From Paracoccaceae bacterium (GTDB lineage Bacteria > Pseudomonadota > Alphaproteobacteria > Rhodobacterales > Rhodobacteraceae): a stretch of DNA of 64,000 nucleotides. The stretch's first letter is position 1. Every line of letters starts with the position of its first letter. Of this stretch, positions 9,476 to 19,813 are shown piece by piece. A program made the translations under genes and the position numbers. The DNA is taken from positions 16,178-80,177 of the forward strand of contig JAHRVG010000023.1 in NCBI GenBank assembly GCA_019090795.1. Direction: 5' to 3'. The notes under the pieces were generated by a model. The model made no database searches and was not told where the DNA came from. It saw only the letters and a program-made list of their open reading frames with translations.

Positions 9476-10681
9476 TTACCCGGAAATAACCGTTTGTAGA
9501 TCAAAAATTGGCAACAGGACCGACAGTACAATCACCAGCACCATGGCCCCGACCAGCATCATAAGAATCGGATCTATCAGGGCTGCAAAGCGTTTGCGCT
9601 CATTCCCGAGCCAAGTTTCAACAAGGGTCGCGGCGCGTTCTGACATGCGCGCAAGTCTGGCAGAAGTCTCGCCTGCACTGACCAGTTGCTGGGCCACAGG
9701 CGGGATCACCGAAAGGCGGCGCAAGGCATCAGACAGGGTTTCGCCAGAGCGGATTGCCTCGCAGACCTGATCGGCCTCGGTTTTAAAACGCGCGATTACC
9801 AGCACGTCAGCGGCGCTGGTTGCCGCATCGAGAATGGTTTGACGGCTGGCGATAATCAGCGCCAGCGTGCGCAGGTATTGCGCGGCGGTGGCAAGACGGA
9901 TCAGGCGTCCCACCACGGGCAGGCGCAACAAAAAGCCGTCCCAACGATTGCGGAAAGCGGGTTGACGCAGGGCCAGCATGAAAAGAACGGCAAACCCGAC
10001 ACTCCCCCCCAGCAGGGCGATCCAGTTGGCCCCGATCCAGTCGGTGATGCCCAGCATGACCTGTGTAAGTTCCGGCAGCGGACGGCCCGACACCTCGAAC
10101 ATCGCCACGATTTCCGGGGCCACGCTGGTCATCAGGATAGCGCAGACCAGCAGGGAAACCGCGGCCACAAATGCCGGATAAATCAGCGCAGTGGCAATTT
10201 GAGCGCGATCTGACCCGGCATTTTCAAGATAATTGGCCAGTTCCTCGAACACCACCGCCAGATCGCCGGATATTTCCCCGGCCCGCACCGCCGCGCCGTA
10301 AAACCGCGGCAAGCCCGGATCACTTTGCACCAGCGCAACCGATAGCGGCTGCCCCTCAAGAACCGCCGCCTTGGCATCGGCGGCAAACCCTTCGAGGGCC
10401 GCGTGGGTGCCCGAACTACGCACGGCCTCAAGCGCTGCGTCACTGGGCAGATCCGCCGCCAGAAGTACTGCCATCTGGCGGGTGAAAATCGCGCGCATAT
10501 CCGCATTCAGGCGGCTGCGGCGCGGGGTGCGGACACGCGGATCATCTTTGGCGGAAATGCGCGAGGCAAACAGGCCTTTAGCGCGCAACAATTCGCTGGC
10601 ATGCACCTCGGTTTCGGCAATAATCACGCCCTTTTTTGCCCGCCCCTGCGCTGAATAGGCACTGTAGCGATAGGCCTTCAC
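9476..10681 (-). CDS. gspF: Type II secretion inner-membrane platform protein F
   Basis: FTRQMAVLL, AGEISGDL, ALIYPAF, AGETSARL, LIDPILMML; follows gspE with ATGA overlap. Confidence 0.92.
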   Translation of the reverse strand: MKAYRYSAYSAQGRAKKGVIIAETEVHASELLRAKGLFASRISAKDDPRVRTPRRSRLNADMRAIFTRQMAVLLAADLPSDAALEAVRSSGTHAALEGFAADAKAAVLEGQPLSVALVQSDPGLPRFYGAAVRAGEISGDLAVVFEELANYLENAGSDRAQIATALIYPAFVAAVSLLVCAILMTSVAPEIVAMFEVSGRPLPELTQVMLGITDWIGANWIALLGGSVGFAVLFMLALRQPAFRNRWDGFLLRLPVVGRLIRLATAAQYLRTLALIIASRQTILDAATSAADVLVIARFKTEADQVCEAIRSGETLSDALRRLSVIPPVAQQLVSAGETSARLARMSERAATLVETWLGNERKRFAALIDPILMMLVGAMVLVIVLSVLLPIFDLQTVISG

Positions 10682-12126
10682 GCCCCATCCCCCACCACCC
10701 GCAGGGTTTCACTCAGCGTGGTTTTCCCGGCGGCAACCGCCACAAGCCCTTGGCCCAGCAGGGTAAATTCAGGCGCGATAGCCTGAGTTTTCAACTGCCG
10801 CTCGGATGCCCCCTGATCAATTGCATCACGCAAACTCTCGTCTATCTCGACAATCTCGAAAATCCCGACACGCCCCGCATAGCCGCTATCCGTGCAGGTA
10901 TCGCAGCCTTTAGCATGAAAGGTTTTGGTCGGCACGGGCATATTCCGGGTGGCAAAAAAAGTGGCTTCGCTGGCGGTAATATCGCGTTCCTCGCGGCAAT
11001 CCATACACAAACGCCGCAGCAACCGCTGGGCAATGATGCCACGCAAGGTCGAGGCAATCAGGAAGTCATCCAACCCCAGATCACGCAGCCGGATCACCGC
11101 CCCGACCGACCCGTTGGCGTGCAGTGATGAAAACACCAGATGCCCGGTCAGTGCTGCCTGCGCCGCAACGCTGGCAGTTTCGGCGTCCCTGATTTCACCA
11201 ACCAGAATAACATCCGGATCCTGACGCAAAGTGGCGCGCAATCCATTGGCAAAAGTCATGCCGATGTCACTATTGATCTGGCTTTGGGAAACGCCTTGCA
11301 GATCGTATTCAATGGGGTCTTCGACGGTGACGATGTTACGTTCGTCCCGATTGGCAAGGCGTAGCAGGGAATACAGGGTGGTGGTTTTGCCACTGCCAGT
11401 TGGGCCTGTGGCCAGTATAATGCCGTTGGGCAGGGCCGACAGGCGTTCCAGTGTAGCGATGTGATCGGGCTTTAGGCCGAGTGCCTCCAGCGGCATCAGA
11501 CCTGCCGAGCGATCCAGAACCCGCAGCACCACCCGCTCGCCGTAATTGCCCGGCAAGGTCGATACCCGCGTATCAATCGCCCGCCCGCCAAGGCGCAGGG
11601 CAATACGCCCATCTTGGGGCAGCCGCGTTTCGGCAATATCAAGGTTCGCCATCACCTTGAGCCGGGAAATGACACGGCGCACCGGCACATCACTGCGATC
11701 CATCACCGTTTGCAAAAAGCCATCAATGCGCAAGCGTGCCCGCAAACCATCCTCATGCGGCTCTATGTGTAAATCCGAGGCACCAGAGCTGACCGCGCGG
11801 CGCAACAGCTGGTTGACCAGTTCGATGACGGGGGCCTCGGTCACGTCCTCCAACAGATCACGCGGACCGTTGGCGGCATCGACCTCCTCGAGATCAAAGG
11901 ATAATTCATCCGCGCCTGTGTCATTGCCTCCGGCCTGATAGATCACCGATACCGCGCTATCAAAGGCATCTTGGGACAGGGCCACCAGTTGCGGCGTTCC
12001 CTGAATGCGGCGCCGCGCCTCACGCAGGCCAAAAGGCGAGGCATCAGGGCCATAAAGCAACCGCACACCATCCAGCGCCACTTGGTGGTCGCGAGTAAAA
12101 GGGAAAGGCAGCCGGGTGTTCGTCAT
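10678..12126 (-). CDS. gspE: Type II secretion ATPase E
   Basis: ASDLHIEP, RLPQDGR, Walker A GPTGSGKTTT, VEDPIE, LRQDPDVILVGEIRD, HLVFSSLH, CxxC..CxxC zinc motif, GRVGIFE. Confidence 0.96.
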   Translation of the reverse strand: MTNTRLPFPFTRDHQVALDGVRLLYGPDASPFGLREARRRIQGTPQLVALSQDAFDSAVSVIYQAGGNDTGADELSFDLEEVDAANGPRDLLEDVTEAPVIELVNQLLRRAVSSGASDLHIEPHEDGLRARLRIDGFLQTVMDRSDVPVRRVISRLKVMANLDIAETRLPQDGRIALRLGGRAIDTRVSTLPGNYGERVVLRVLDRSAGLMPLEALGLKPDHIATLERLSALPNGIILATGPTGSGKTTTLYSLLRLANRDERNIVTVEDPIEYDLQGVSQSQINSDIGMTFANGLRATLRQDPDVILVGEIRDAETASVAAQAALTGHLVFSSLHANGSVGAVIRLRDLGLDDFLIASTLRGIIAQRLLRRLCMDCREERDITASEATFFATRNMPVPTKTFHAKGCDTCTDSGYAGRVGIFEIVEIDESLRDAIDQGASERQLKTQAIAPEFTLLGQGLVAVAAGKTTLSETLRVVGDGA

Positions 12127-12185
12127 GGGATCAGGTTAGGGCGTGGCGGTGAAGGGGGCAAGATCGGAAGCGCGACACGCCAGAG

Positions 12186-14120
12186 CTACTTAAATTTCAA
12201 CCGCGACGGCAACGGTGGGAAATTCCGCGATTGCGCAACCCCGTCAACAAACCCCGCATCAAACGGCTGGTTCAGATCTGCCCCGTCAAAGGGGAAGCTG
12301 CCCGAGGGTGTTGCCGGATACTGGCCGTCATTCACCGGCTGGATTTTTAGGCTGGCGCGGCGGGTTTCGCGGGCAACTTCGCGGGTGATGCGGCGGGCAT
12401 CAACATCGGATCGAATAACGCGCGGACGCAGCATCACCAACAGGACAAGCTGGTTTTTCGAAGCATTCTTGCCACGAAACAGCGCACCTAAAACCGGCAG
12501 GTTCCCCAACCCCGGCACCTTTTGCGACACAGAGCCAGAGCCATCCTCCAGCAGCCCGCCCAACATAATCACATTGCCGTCGCGCACCAGAACATTGGTG
12601 TTGATGGTACGTTTGGAGGTGATCTCGCCCCCTGCTTTGGACGAGGAATTGGTCAGGTTCGACACCTCCTGCTTGATCGCCATCAGCACGGTACCCTCTG
12701 CGGTAATCTGCGGCGTAACTTCCAGTGTCAGCCCCACATCCTGACGCTCGATGGTCTGGAACGGGGTATCAGGCAGCGTGGTATCACCCACTGTGGCAAA
12801 GCTACCGGTCACAAAAGGCACGTTTTGCGCCACTACAATTTCAGCTTTCTGATTGTTCAGGGTCATGATGGACGGCGTTGACAGCAAACGGGTGCTGGTT
12901 TTGGAGGCCACAGCCGAAAGAAATCCGCCAATACCATTGTCGCCATTGCGTTTCAGCGCACCAATGGAGCCGCCATTGCCCGGATCCACCGAGTTTCCCG
13001 AAATCACAGAGCTGATCACCGATGTCAGCGTTGGGCGCCCTTGCAGGGAAAACTGCACCCCGCCAGCGATGGCGTCATCCAATATCGCCCCAAACTGGAC
13101 CGACAGATCAGAGAAGTTTTCCACCGACATCTCAAAAATTACCGCCTCGATCAGCACTTGCGAGGGACGTTTATCCAAGGCGCGAATCGACAATACGATA
13201 GAGTGAATTTGCTCTTGCGGCGCGGTAATCAGCAAGGTGTTGGAACGGGGCTCCGCCACAATTGTCGCCTTGCCTACGGCCTGTTCGGAATTTTGCGCCA
13301 CAAAGGTGCGCTGCACCACATCTGCCAGCGCGCTGGCATTGGCATAACTCAGCTCCACCACCCGTGTCGCCATGGCGCGCTGCGGCACATCCAGTTGACT
13401 GACGATACCGCGAATGCGTTCGCGAAAATCGCGCGGTCCTGCCACAATCAACGCATTCACCCGCCGGTCCGCTGACAGGCTGGCCCCCACCGGGGTAACC
13501 TCAAGAGACTGTATTACTTGCAGCAACTCCGCCGCATTGGCGTTGCGCATACGGATTGTTTCAATCGGCTGGCTGCGCGGCTTATCGAGCTGTGCCACCA
13601 GATTTGCAATCCGCGACTGGTTTTCAGCGCGGTCTGACAGGATAATCAGCCCGGCCCCCGGCACAGTGGACAACACCGCCTCGGATGGCAACAAGGGGCG
13701 GATCACTTCGGTAACTTCACCCAAGGGGACGTTCTGCACGGGAATTACGCGGGTCTCATAGCCACCGCCTGTAAGGGTGATTTTCTGCCCGGAGGCCAGT
13801 TCACGCGCGATGCCGATGGGTACAATCCTGTCCGCCCCAACACCTTTAACGATGGTCAGGCGATTCAACTCCAACACATTGAGAAATATCTCGTAGATAG
13901 CCTCGGAGGATACTTTTTTTGGGGCCAGCACCGTAACACTGCCATTGATCTGGGGGTCCAGAATAAAATTCCGCCCCGTGGTCTCGGCCACGATTTCGAC
14001 AAAGCGTTTCAGATCCGCATCCCGCAAATCCAGCGCCACCTGCGCCAGCGCTGCGCTTACGCTCGCCAACACCAGCAAACCAGCGGCAAACGCCGCCTTC
14101 AGAGTCTTCATATCAAACAT
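12186..14120 (-). CDS. gspD: Type II secretion secretin D
   Basis: Signal peptide, N0 domain (LDLRDADL..FILDPQINGSVT), repeated N domains, QVLIEAVI, LLSTPSIMTLNN, DVGLTLEVTPQI, KVPGLGNLPVLGALF. Confidence 0.95.
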   Translation of the reverse strand: MFDMKTLKAAFAAGLLVLASVSAALAQVALDLRDADLKRFVEIVAETTGRNFILDPQINGSVTVLAPKKVSSEAIYEIFLNVLELNRLTIVKGVGADRIVPIGIARELASGQKITLTGGGYETRVIPVQNVPLGEVTEVIRPLLPSEAVLSTVPGAGLIILSDRAENQSRIANLVAQLDKPRSQPIETIRMRNANAAELLQVIQSLEVTPVGASLSADRRVNALIVAGPRDFRERIRGIVSQLDVPQRAMATRVVELSYANASALADVVQRTFVAQNSEQAVGKATIVAEPRSNTLLITAPQEQIHSIVLSIRALDKRPSQVLIEAVIFEMSVENFSDLSVQFGAILDDAIAGGVQFSLQGRPTLTSVISSVISGNSVDPGNGGSIGALKRNGDNGIGGFLSAVASKTSTRLLSTPSIMTLNNQKAEIVVAQNVPFVTGSFATVGDTTLPDTPFQTIERQDVGLTLEVTPQITAEGTVLMAIKQEVSNLTNSSSKAGGEITSKRTINTNVLVRDGNVIMLGGLLEDGSGSVSQKVPGLGNLPVLGALFRGKNASKNQLVLLVMLRPRVIRSDVDARRITREVARETRRASLKIQPVNDGQYPATPSGSFPFDGADLNQPFDAGFVDGVAQSRNFPPLPSRLKFK

Positions 14121-14480
14121 TGCCCTACCACTCGATCAACGGCCCGGCCCCGGCGTTTTTTAAATTGCATCATTGTCAGGCACAGACATGCCCGCGTGCA
14201 TTGCGCGAAACCTTTGGGAGAGTGTAGCCCCGAATAGGAGCTAAAGGCAATTTTATTGTTTTGGCGTATAGGCAGAGGAAACTGTTACTCTTTTTCTATA
14301 GGGCGGTTTTATCGGAAACTTGTGCAGGAATAATCAACCTACCCCTTGCGGGCTTTGCCTTCACATTGAACACCTATTGGCGACAACCCAAAGATTACTC
14401 ACAACTCTAATATGTCTTCAGGTTTTCAGTCAACTTGTGATAGCCTGCATTTTAATAGTCTATCTAAGGGGAAAATTAGA

Positions 14481-17400
14481 ATGAAAACTTCACATTTTTT
14501 AAACACGAAAAGATCCGACAAAAACGCATCCGAAACTAGTCCGTTTGATTTCTGGGGCTGGTCGGAAACCTTACTTTATTTTGGCACAAAAGGGGATGAT
14601 GACATCACAACCGGTGATGAAAACGACATTGTCTTTTCCGGTTGGGGCAATGACACGATATTCACCGCAGAGGGGGACGACAAAGTCCATTCAGGAAAAG
14701 GGGATGACCTGATAACAACCGGCTTGGGCAAGGATGTCATCCTTGCAGGCCTTGGGGATGATACAGTGTTTGCCGGTCTTGGTGATGACACTATATTTGC
14801 CGGCAGGGGGGACGATGTAGTCTATGCTGGTCTTGGCGACGATATCGTGTTCGCGGGCTTTGGCCATGACACGGTTTGGGGCGGTGGCGGCGATGACAGC
14901 CTTGCTGGCGGTGCTGGATATGATACCGCTGTTTTTTCCGGATCCGTGCTTGACTTCAGCTGGCAGCAGGGCTGGGGCAACCGCCTGATTGTTCAAGACC
15001 AGAATACGGCAGACGGAGATGAGGGCGAGGATACGCTCAAGCACTTCGAGGCCTTGCAATTTGATGACTTTACCTTTGTGCTGGGCGGCGACAATGCGCC
15101 GCTCATTATTGGCGATGACCAGTCCACAGACGAGGATAACGCCGTTTCCTTTGACCTTTCCGCCTATGATCTTGATGGCGGTACGCTGTCGCTCGACAGT
15201 TTCTCGATCACAACCTCCACCGGTGCCGCGCTATCGCTGGTTCTCGATTCAACCACAGCGCTCAGCCCGTTGATGGGAACAGGCGCACTCTATAATTTCA
15301 GTTTTGACCCCGAAGGACATTACCAGTTCCTTGCGGCAGGCGAAGGGATGGATGAAACCCTTACGGTTACCGTCAGTGATGGCGACGGCAATAGCAGCAG
15401 CCTGGATATTCTAGTCACCGTCACCGGCGAAAACGATGCGCCCGAGGCACTGGATGATACTCTTGATACAACCGAGGATTCCGGCATCATCTCAATTGAT
15501 CTCAATCTTCTGATCAGTGACGTGGACCTGAGTAATATCCTGGACATTACTGCCGTCACCGCCTCTGGTGATCCGGTGATCTTTACACTGCTGGGCGGGG
15601 TTGTCAGTTTTGATGCGAACCAGTTCGGGTATCTCAATACCGGCGAGGATGCGTCTTTTGATCTGACCTATACAGTGGATGATAACAGCGGCACCGCAAA
15701 TGCAACCGACACAGGTGTCGTGACCGTCAATGTTGAAGGTATCACAGACAACACAGCACCGGTTGCCCCAGATGACATTCTGGAGCTGGACGAAGATTTC
15801 GGCGTTGTGATCATCGACCTCAACCTTCTGGTCAGTGATGTGGATGCTGGTGATATTCTCACTGTAACGGCTGTAACTGTATCCGGAGATCCGGTAACGC
15901 TGGCGGTGGTAGACGGCGTCGTTACCCTTGATACCGAGCAATACAATGCCATGGCGATCGGTGACGGGGTGTCGTTTGATCTGGAATATACAGTTCAGGA
16001 CGACAGCGGCGCGCCAAATGACACAGCCACAGGCACGGTGACGGTGAATATAGCCGGGCGCAACGATGCGCCTGTGGTTGTCAGCGGCCCCCTGATCGCG
16101 GTTGATGAAGCAGATTTCGCAACCCAGCCCGTCGCCGCAGACCAGTTGGTTTCAATCGACCTCAAACCTTTGGCATCAGATGTGGATCTGGGGGATGCCC
16201 TGTCATTTTCCATCCTATCCATAACCGATGATTCCGATGGGCGCCGTATAAACATCGCCTACACGCTCACGGATGGCGTATTGACTTTTGATCCGGTCAA
16301 CCTGGGGCTTGATCTGGGCGACATCCTGAATGCCAGCATTAATTTCAAAGTCAGTGACGGCACCACCACAACCAGCGGCACTCAGGCCTTGCAGGTGACC
16401 GGCTCGGCAGATGAAGCCACCCCGAACACCGCCCCTGTTGCCCTGGATGCTACCTTCACGGAGGATGACGAGGGGCTGATCCTGATTGACCTCTCGACGC
16501 TGGTTTCCGATGCGGATTCAGGCGATGTTCTGACAGTCGGCGATGTATCCTTTCTGGGCGCAGGACGGGCCGGGGCGGTTACATTTACCCTGATAGGGGA
16601 TGTCGTCACCATTGACCCTGCACAATTTGGTCTAACCGACGGCGCAGAGCTGCAACTGATATTCAGCTATCAGGTGGATGACGGGAGCGGCACCGTCAAT
16701 CGCATCGATACCGGCGCGGTCACCATTGATATTACAGGCGTGCCAACCCCGTCTTCTAACACCGCCCCTGTGGCGCTGGATGATACGGTAAATGCTTCCG
16801 ATGACGGGGGCAATATAGTGATCGACCTTAACGCACTGGTCTCGGATCCCGACAGTGATCCCCTGACTATCGGGGCAATCACCCTGACGGTCGGCGGAAT
16901 TGAAACTGATGTGTTGTTCGATTTGAGCGGCGGTATTCTGACCATTGATCCAACCCAGTTCGCCATCGCGGATGGCGCGGCCCTGAACGGGGTTCTCAGC
17001 TATACTGTTGATGATGGCACCGGCACCGTCAATGCCACAGCAACCGGGGCAATTGCGCTAAATATCACCGGGGCAATTGATCCTGTCGAAACCAACAATG
17101 CGCCTATCACCGTGCTCCAGAGCAGAACAGTTAACCTTGACGTCAGCACAGCCCCCCACAGCTTTGACCTGTCGGCATTTGCCTTTGATCTGGACAGTGA
17201 CCCCCTGACATTTACCGCGCTTTCTTTCACTTACAATCTGGACTCCGGCGAAGGTGGTGTGATCACAACCGTTAATGTGGCCTACACCCTCGTCGGCACT
17301 GTGGTAAGTTTTGACCCCACCCAGTTCGGACTGCTCGATGCGGAGAGCCTTGATGTGGCCTTTAACTATTCAGTGGATGACGGAACCGGGGCCTCCAACA

Positions 17401-18119
17401 GTTCCACAACCGGAACCGTGAATGTCACCATAACCGACCCGCTGGATGTGGAACCACCGTTTGTGGAAACGTCATACCTGCTGGATTTCGAACCTTTTGC
17501 GGATTCAGGAGATTTCACCGTCGATATCACAAACTACGAACAGTTTGTCTTCTCGGGGGATGTGCAGGTCTATGAAACCGACGAGGTTACCTCGGGCACC
17601 GGCGGTCGGGGGGGAAGCCTGCCGGACGGGGTATTCAACGGGGTTGTATCCGGCGACAATGTTCTGGTGCTGCAAGCCGACGGCAGCCTGTCCATCGGAG
17701 GCCCGGGTGCCGGAGCGACCAGTGTGAATAGATTGGGAAGTTTTGATCTCGACAGCATCTACCTGACCTCAGCCGTAACCGAGGGCATGGCGGTCACAAT
17801 CACCACACAGGGCTATGTCAACGTTGATGTATCAGACGAATACGGTTTTCCTGCGGGAACCGTTTTTGAAGAACGGGTACAGGACATCGGATCGTTTGAT
17901 TTCGTTGTCGGCACTGTGGGCGCAACCCTTGGTACCGCAGATACATTTATCGACTTCGATGATTTTTCCGATATCACCGGATCCCAGATCCTGAATTCCG
18001 ATGTCTTCAATGACATTACCTCGCTGAGTATCACCACAGACGGGGGGAGCGGGGATCTCTTGGTTATCGACGATCTGGCAGCCACCGTTGTGAGCGAGAC
18101 GATTTACAATATTTTCTAA
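14481..18119 (+). CDS. Large Ca-binding adhesin-like protein: N-terminal GxGDD nonapeptide repeats plus about seven Ig/cadherin-like repeats
   Basis: About ten 9-aa repeats (AGLGDDTVF type) near the N-terminus, then repeated N-x-AP-V-A-x-DD ... FTY-x-V-x-D-G units of about 110 aa; very acidic. Start set at ATG 14481 (AAGGGGA upstream). Confidence 0.8.
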   Translation: MKTSHFLNTKRSDKNASETSPFDFWGWSETLLYFGTKGDDDITTGDENDIVFSGWGNDTIFTAEGDDKVHSGKGDDLITTGLGKDVILAGLGDDTVFAGLGDDTIFAGRGDDVVYAGLGDDIVFAGFGHDTVWGGGGDDSLAGGAGYDTAVFSGSVLDFSWQQGWGNRLIVQDQNTADGDEGEDTLKHFEALQFDDFTFVLGGDNAPLIIGDDQSTDEDNAVSFDLSAYDLDGGTLSLDSFSITTSTGAALSLVLDSTTALSPLMGTGALYNFSFDPEGHYQFLAAGEGMDETLTVTVSDGDGNSSSLDILVTVTGENDAPEALDDTLDTTEDSGIISIDLNLLISDVDLSNILDITAVTASGDPVIFTLLGGVVSFDANQFGYLNTGEDASFDLTYTVDDNSGTANATDTGVVTVNVEGITDNTAPVAPDDILELDEDFGVVIIDLNLLVSDVDAGDILTVTAVTVSGDPVTLAVVDGVVTLDTEQYNAMAIGDGVSFDLEYTVQDDSGAPNDTATGTVTVNIAGRNDAPVVVSGPLIAVDEADFATQPVAADQLVSIDLKPLASDVDLGDALSFSILSITDDSDGRRINIAYTLTDGVLTFDPVNLGLDLGDILNASINFKVSDGTTTTSGTQALQVTGSADEATPNTAPVALDATFTEDDEGLILIDLSTLVSDADSGDVLTVGDVSFLGAGRAGAVTFTLIGDVVTIDPAQFGLTDGAELQLIFSYQVDDGSGTVNRIDTGAVTIDITGVPTPSSNTAPVALDDTVNASDDGGNIVIDLNALVSDPDSDPLTIGAITLTVGGIETDVLFDLSGGILTIDPTQFAIADGAALNGVLSYTVDDGTGTVNATATGAIALNITGAIDPVETNNAPITVLQSRTVNLDVSTAPHSFDLSAFAFDLDSDPLTFTALSFTYNLDSGEGGVITTVNVAYTLVGTVVSFDPTQFGLLDAESLDVAFNYSVDDGTGASNSSTTGTVNVTITDPLDVEPPFVETSYLLDFEPFADSGDFTVDITNYEQFVFSGDVQVYETDEVTSGTGGRGGSLPDGVFNGVVSGDNVLVLQADGSLSIGGPGAGATSVNRLGSFDLDSIYLTSAVTEGMAVTITTQGYVNVDVSDEYGFPAGTVFEERVQDIGSFDFVVGTVGATLGTADTFIDFDDFSDITGSQILNSDVFNDITSLSITTDGGSGDLLVIDDLAATVVSETIYNIF

Positions 18120-18183
18120 CCGGTGCGCCGCAAGGTATGATCAGGATTTGCGGATGCTGTTCCCGAGAGCGTTTCCAGTTTTC

Positions 18184-18200
18184 GTTAATTCAATGTTAAC
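18184..18200. promoter_or_regulatory. CtrA-type binding site (GTTAA-N7-TTAAC)
   Basis: GTTAATTCAATGTTAAC, intergenic; full match to the alphaproteobacterial CtrA consensus on both strands. Confidence 0.55.
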
Positions 18201-18581
18201 TGGAAATGCTTTGGCAGCTTTCGCCGAGCCGCCTTTGTGGTGTTTGCATGGAACCCTGTCTGTAAGTTCGTCTCGCAGACCTTCAGCCACCCTGCACAGT
18301 ACGGACGGCCCAACATGCCGATACTATTTACTACAGATTAAACGACATTTACCCATAAGAACCGAAACGGGGCCTAAATGATCACTACTATGTAAACTCT
18401 CAAATCTCTCTATAACCCATGATAATCTACAATTATCGTGCTTATAGAGAAGCCGGAATAAAGCTGCGCCCAAACCTGCCGTTGCCCAGTAACCGCTTGA
18501 ACCGGAGTTGCCACCCATTTAATGTCAGGACAATTAGATAGCTCCACGCCAACCCGTTTAACAAGAGACGTTGAAATTCCG

Positions 18582-19688
18582 ATGAAAGTCATCCTGTTTA
18601 TTGGCCACCACAAGGTGGGGTCGACCTCCTTGCAGCAATTCCTGTCACAGAACTATCGGCCCTTGCTGCAGGCAGGTATCCTTTACCCCAGCGTAGACTC
18701 GCAAGGGTTTGCCCATAACATCGCCAGCACCCTTGATCCGGATTTTGACACCACCAATCTGCCAATCAACGTGCGCGAAGCCCATAACGCGCTGGCTTTC
18801 AAAATGCTGGCGGAAAACAGCAAACGTAAAGTGCCCCCTTATCACAAGAACCTGCCCTCATCGCGCCAGATGCTGGTGGGTATCAAAGAGCAGATGAGGG
18901 TTCTCAAGCCCCATACTGTTATCCTCTGCGCCGAGGTTTTCTCAAATTTTGCCGCTGCCGACCGTTCCCTGATCAAGACCCTGTTCGACATCTTTAATGG
19001 TCACGAAATTACGCTAACCTGCACCCTGCGGCGCCCGGATGAATATATCACCTCCTGGCAAGGGCAGCGGTTGAAGTTCGGCCAGCAACTGGACTCGCTG
19101 AACGGGGCAGGAATGAATTATTATTTCCCGTCGATCCATTTTGACTACAAGCGGATGCTCGCCGCCTGGATCAAGGTGTTCAAAGGGGCCAATCTGGTAC
19201 TGCGCGATTACAGCGATGTGCTGGCCTCAGGGGGATCGGTCGAGGATTTCATCACCCATAGTGGTGCGGATTTCCCCGCTGGTCTACCCCAGTCGGCCAA
19301 TTCCAACCCCTCGATTCCACGCGCCCTGATGGAAGTGGCACGCCAAGGTAATCACGTGCTGTCCGACCATGACGCCCATGAATTACGCCAATACCTGATC
19401 GGCTGTCCTGAACGGATCACCATACCCAAGAACCGCGATGTAGAAATGTTTGGCGCACAAAACCGCGATATCCTGATGGAACGCTTTGCCCCCATTCACA
19501 GCTGGCTGGGCCGGATCAACAACCAAAAGGCATTCTTTGCCGATATGGCAGACGCGGCAATACTGCGCCCCTTGCCCGAGCATGAAGCCACCCAAATCGC
19601 CCTGCCCCAGGTGCAACAGGATGCCGCGAATTTTCTGGAGAATACGACGGCCCTTGAGTTTATCACCGGGTTTGAACTGGCAAAGTAA
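18582..19688 (+). CDS. Sulfotransferase-fold (P-loop-like) protein
   Basis: LFIGHHKVGSTSLQ, ILCAEVF, TLRRPDEYITSW; start set at ATG 18582. Confidence 0.65.
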   Translation: MKVILFIGHHKVGSTSLQQFLSQNYRPLLQAGILYPSVDSQGFAHNIASTLDPDFDTTNLPINVREAHNALAFKMLAENSKRKVPPYHKNLPSSRQMLVGIKEQMRVLKPHTVILCAEVFSNFAAADRSLIKTLFDIFNGHEITLTCTLRRPDEYITSWQGQRLKFGQQLDSLNGAGMNYYFPSIHFDYKRMLAAWIKVFKGANLVLRDYSDVLASGGSVEDFITHSGADFPAGLPQSANSNPSIPRALMEVARQGNHVLSDHDAHELRQYLIGCPERITIPKNRDVEMFGAQNRDILMERFAPIHSWLGRINNQKAFFADMADAAILRPLPEHEATQIALPQVQQDAANFLENTTALEFITGFELAK

Positions 19689-19813
19689 TCCCCGAAAAGC
19701 CTGCCACGCTTGACCTTGGGTACAGCTATCCTATAGCTGGCTAGATAGATTTTCGGGCAGGGGTGCGCTTGTGCCTTTCAGGGGCAACGACCTAATACAA
19801 AGGTGTCACAACA

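Noticed and set aside
9476-14120. Possible type IV pilus or Tad system
   Set aside because: GspD-type secretin with N0 domain, full G-K pseudopilin set with L/M/C, and no retraction ATPase or Tad/Flp genes indicate T2SS.
14600-14930. 27-bp periodic repeats here and at about 32960-33070, considered as a CRISPR or DNA repeat array
   Set aside because: They encode RTX nonapeptides in frame; there are no unique spacers and no cas genes.
18120-18581. Riboswitch (e.g. c-di-GMP) in the long intergenic gap
   Set aside because: No conserved riboswitch core recognised by eye; a covariance-model search would be needed.
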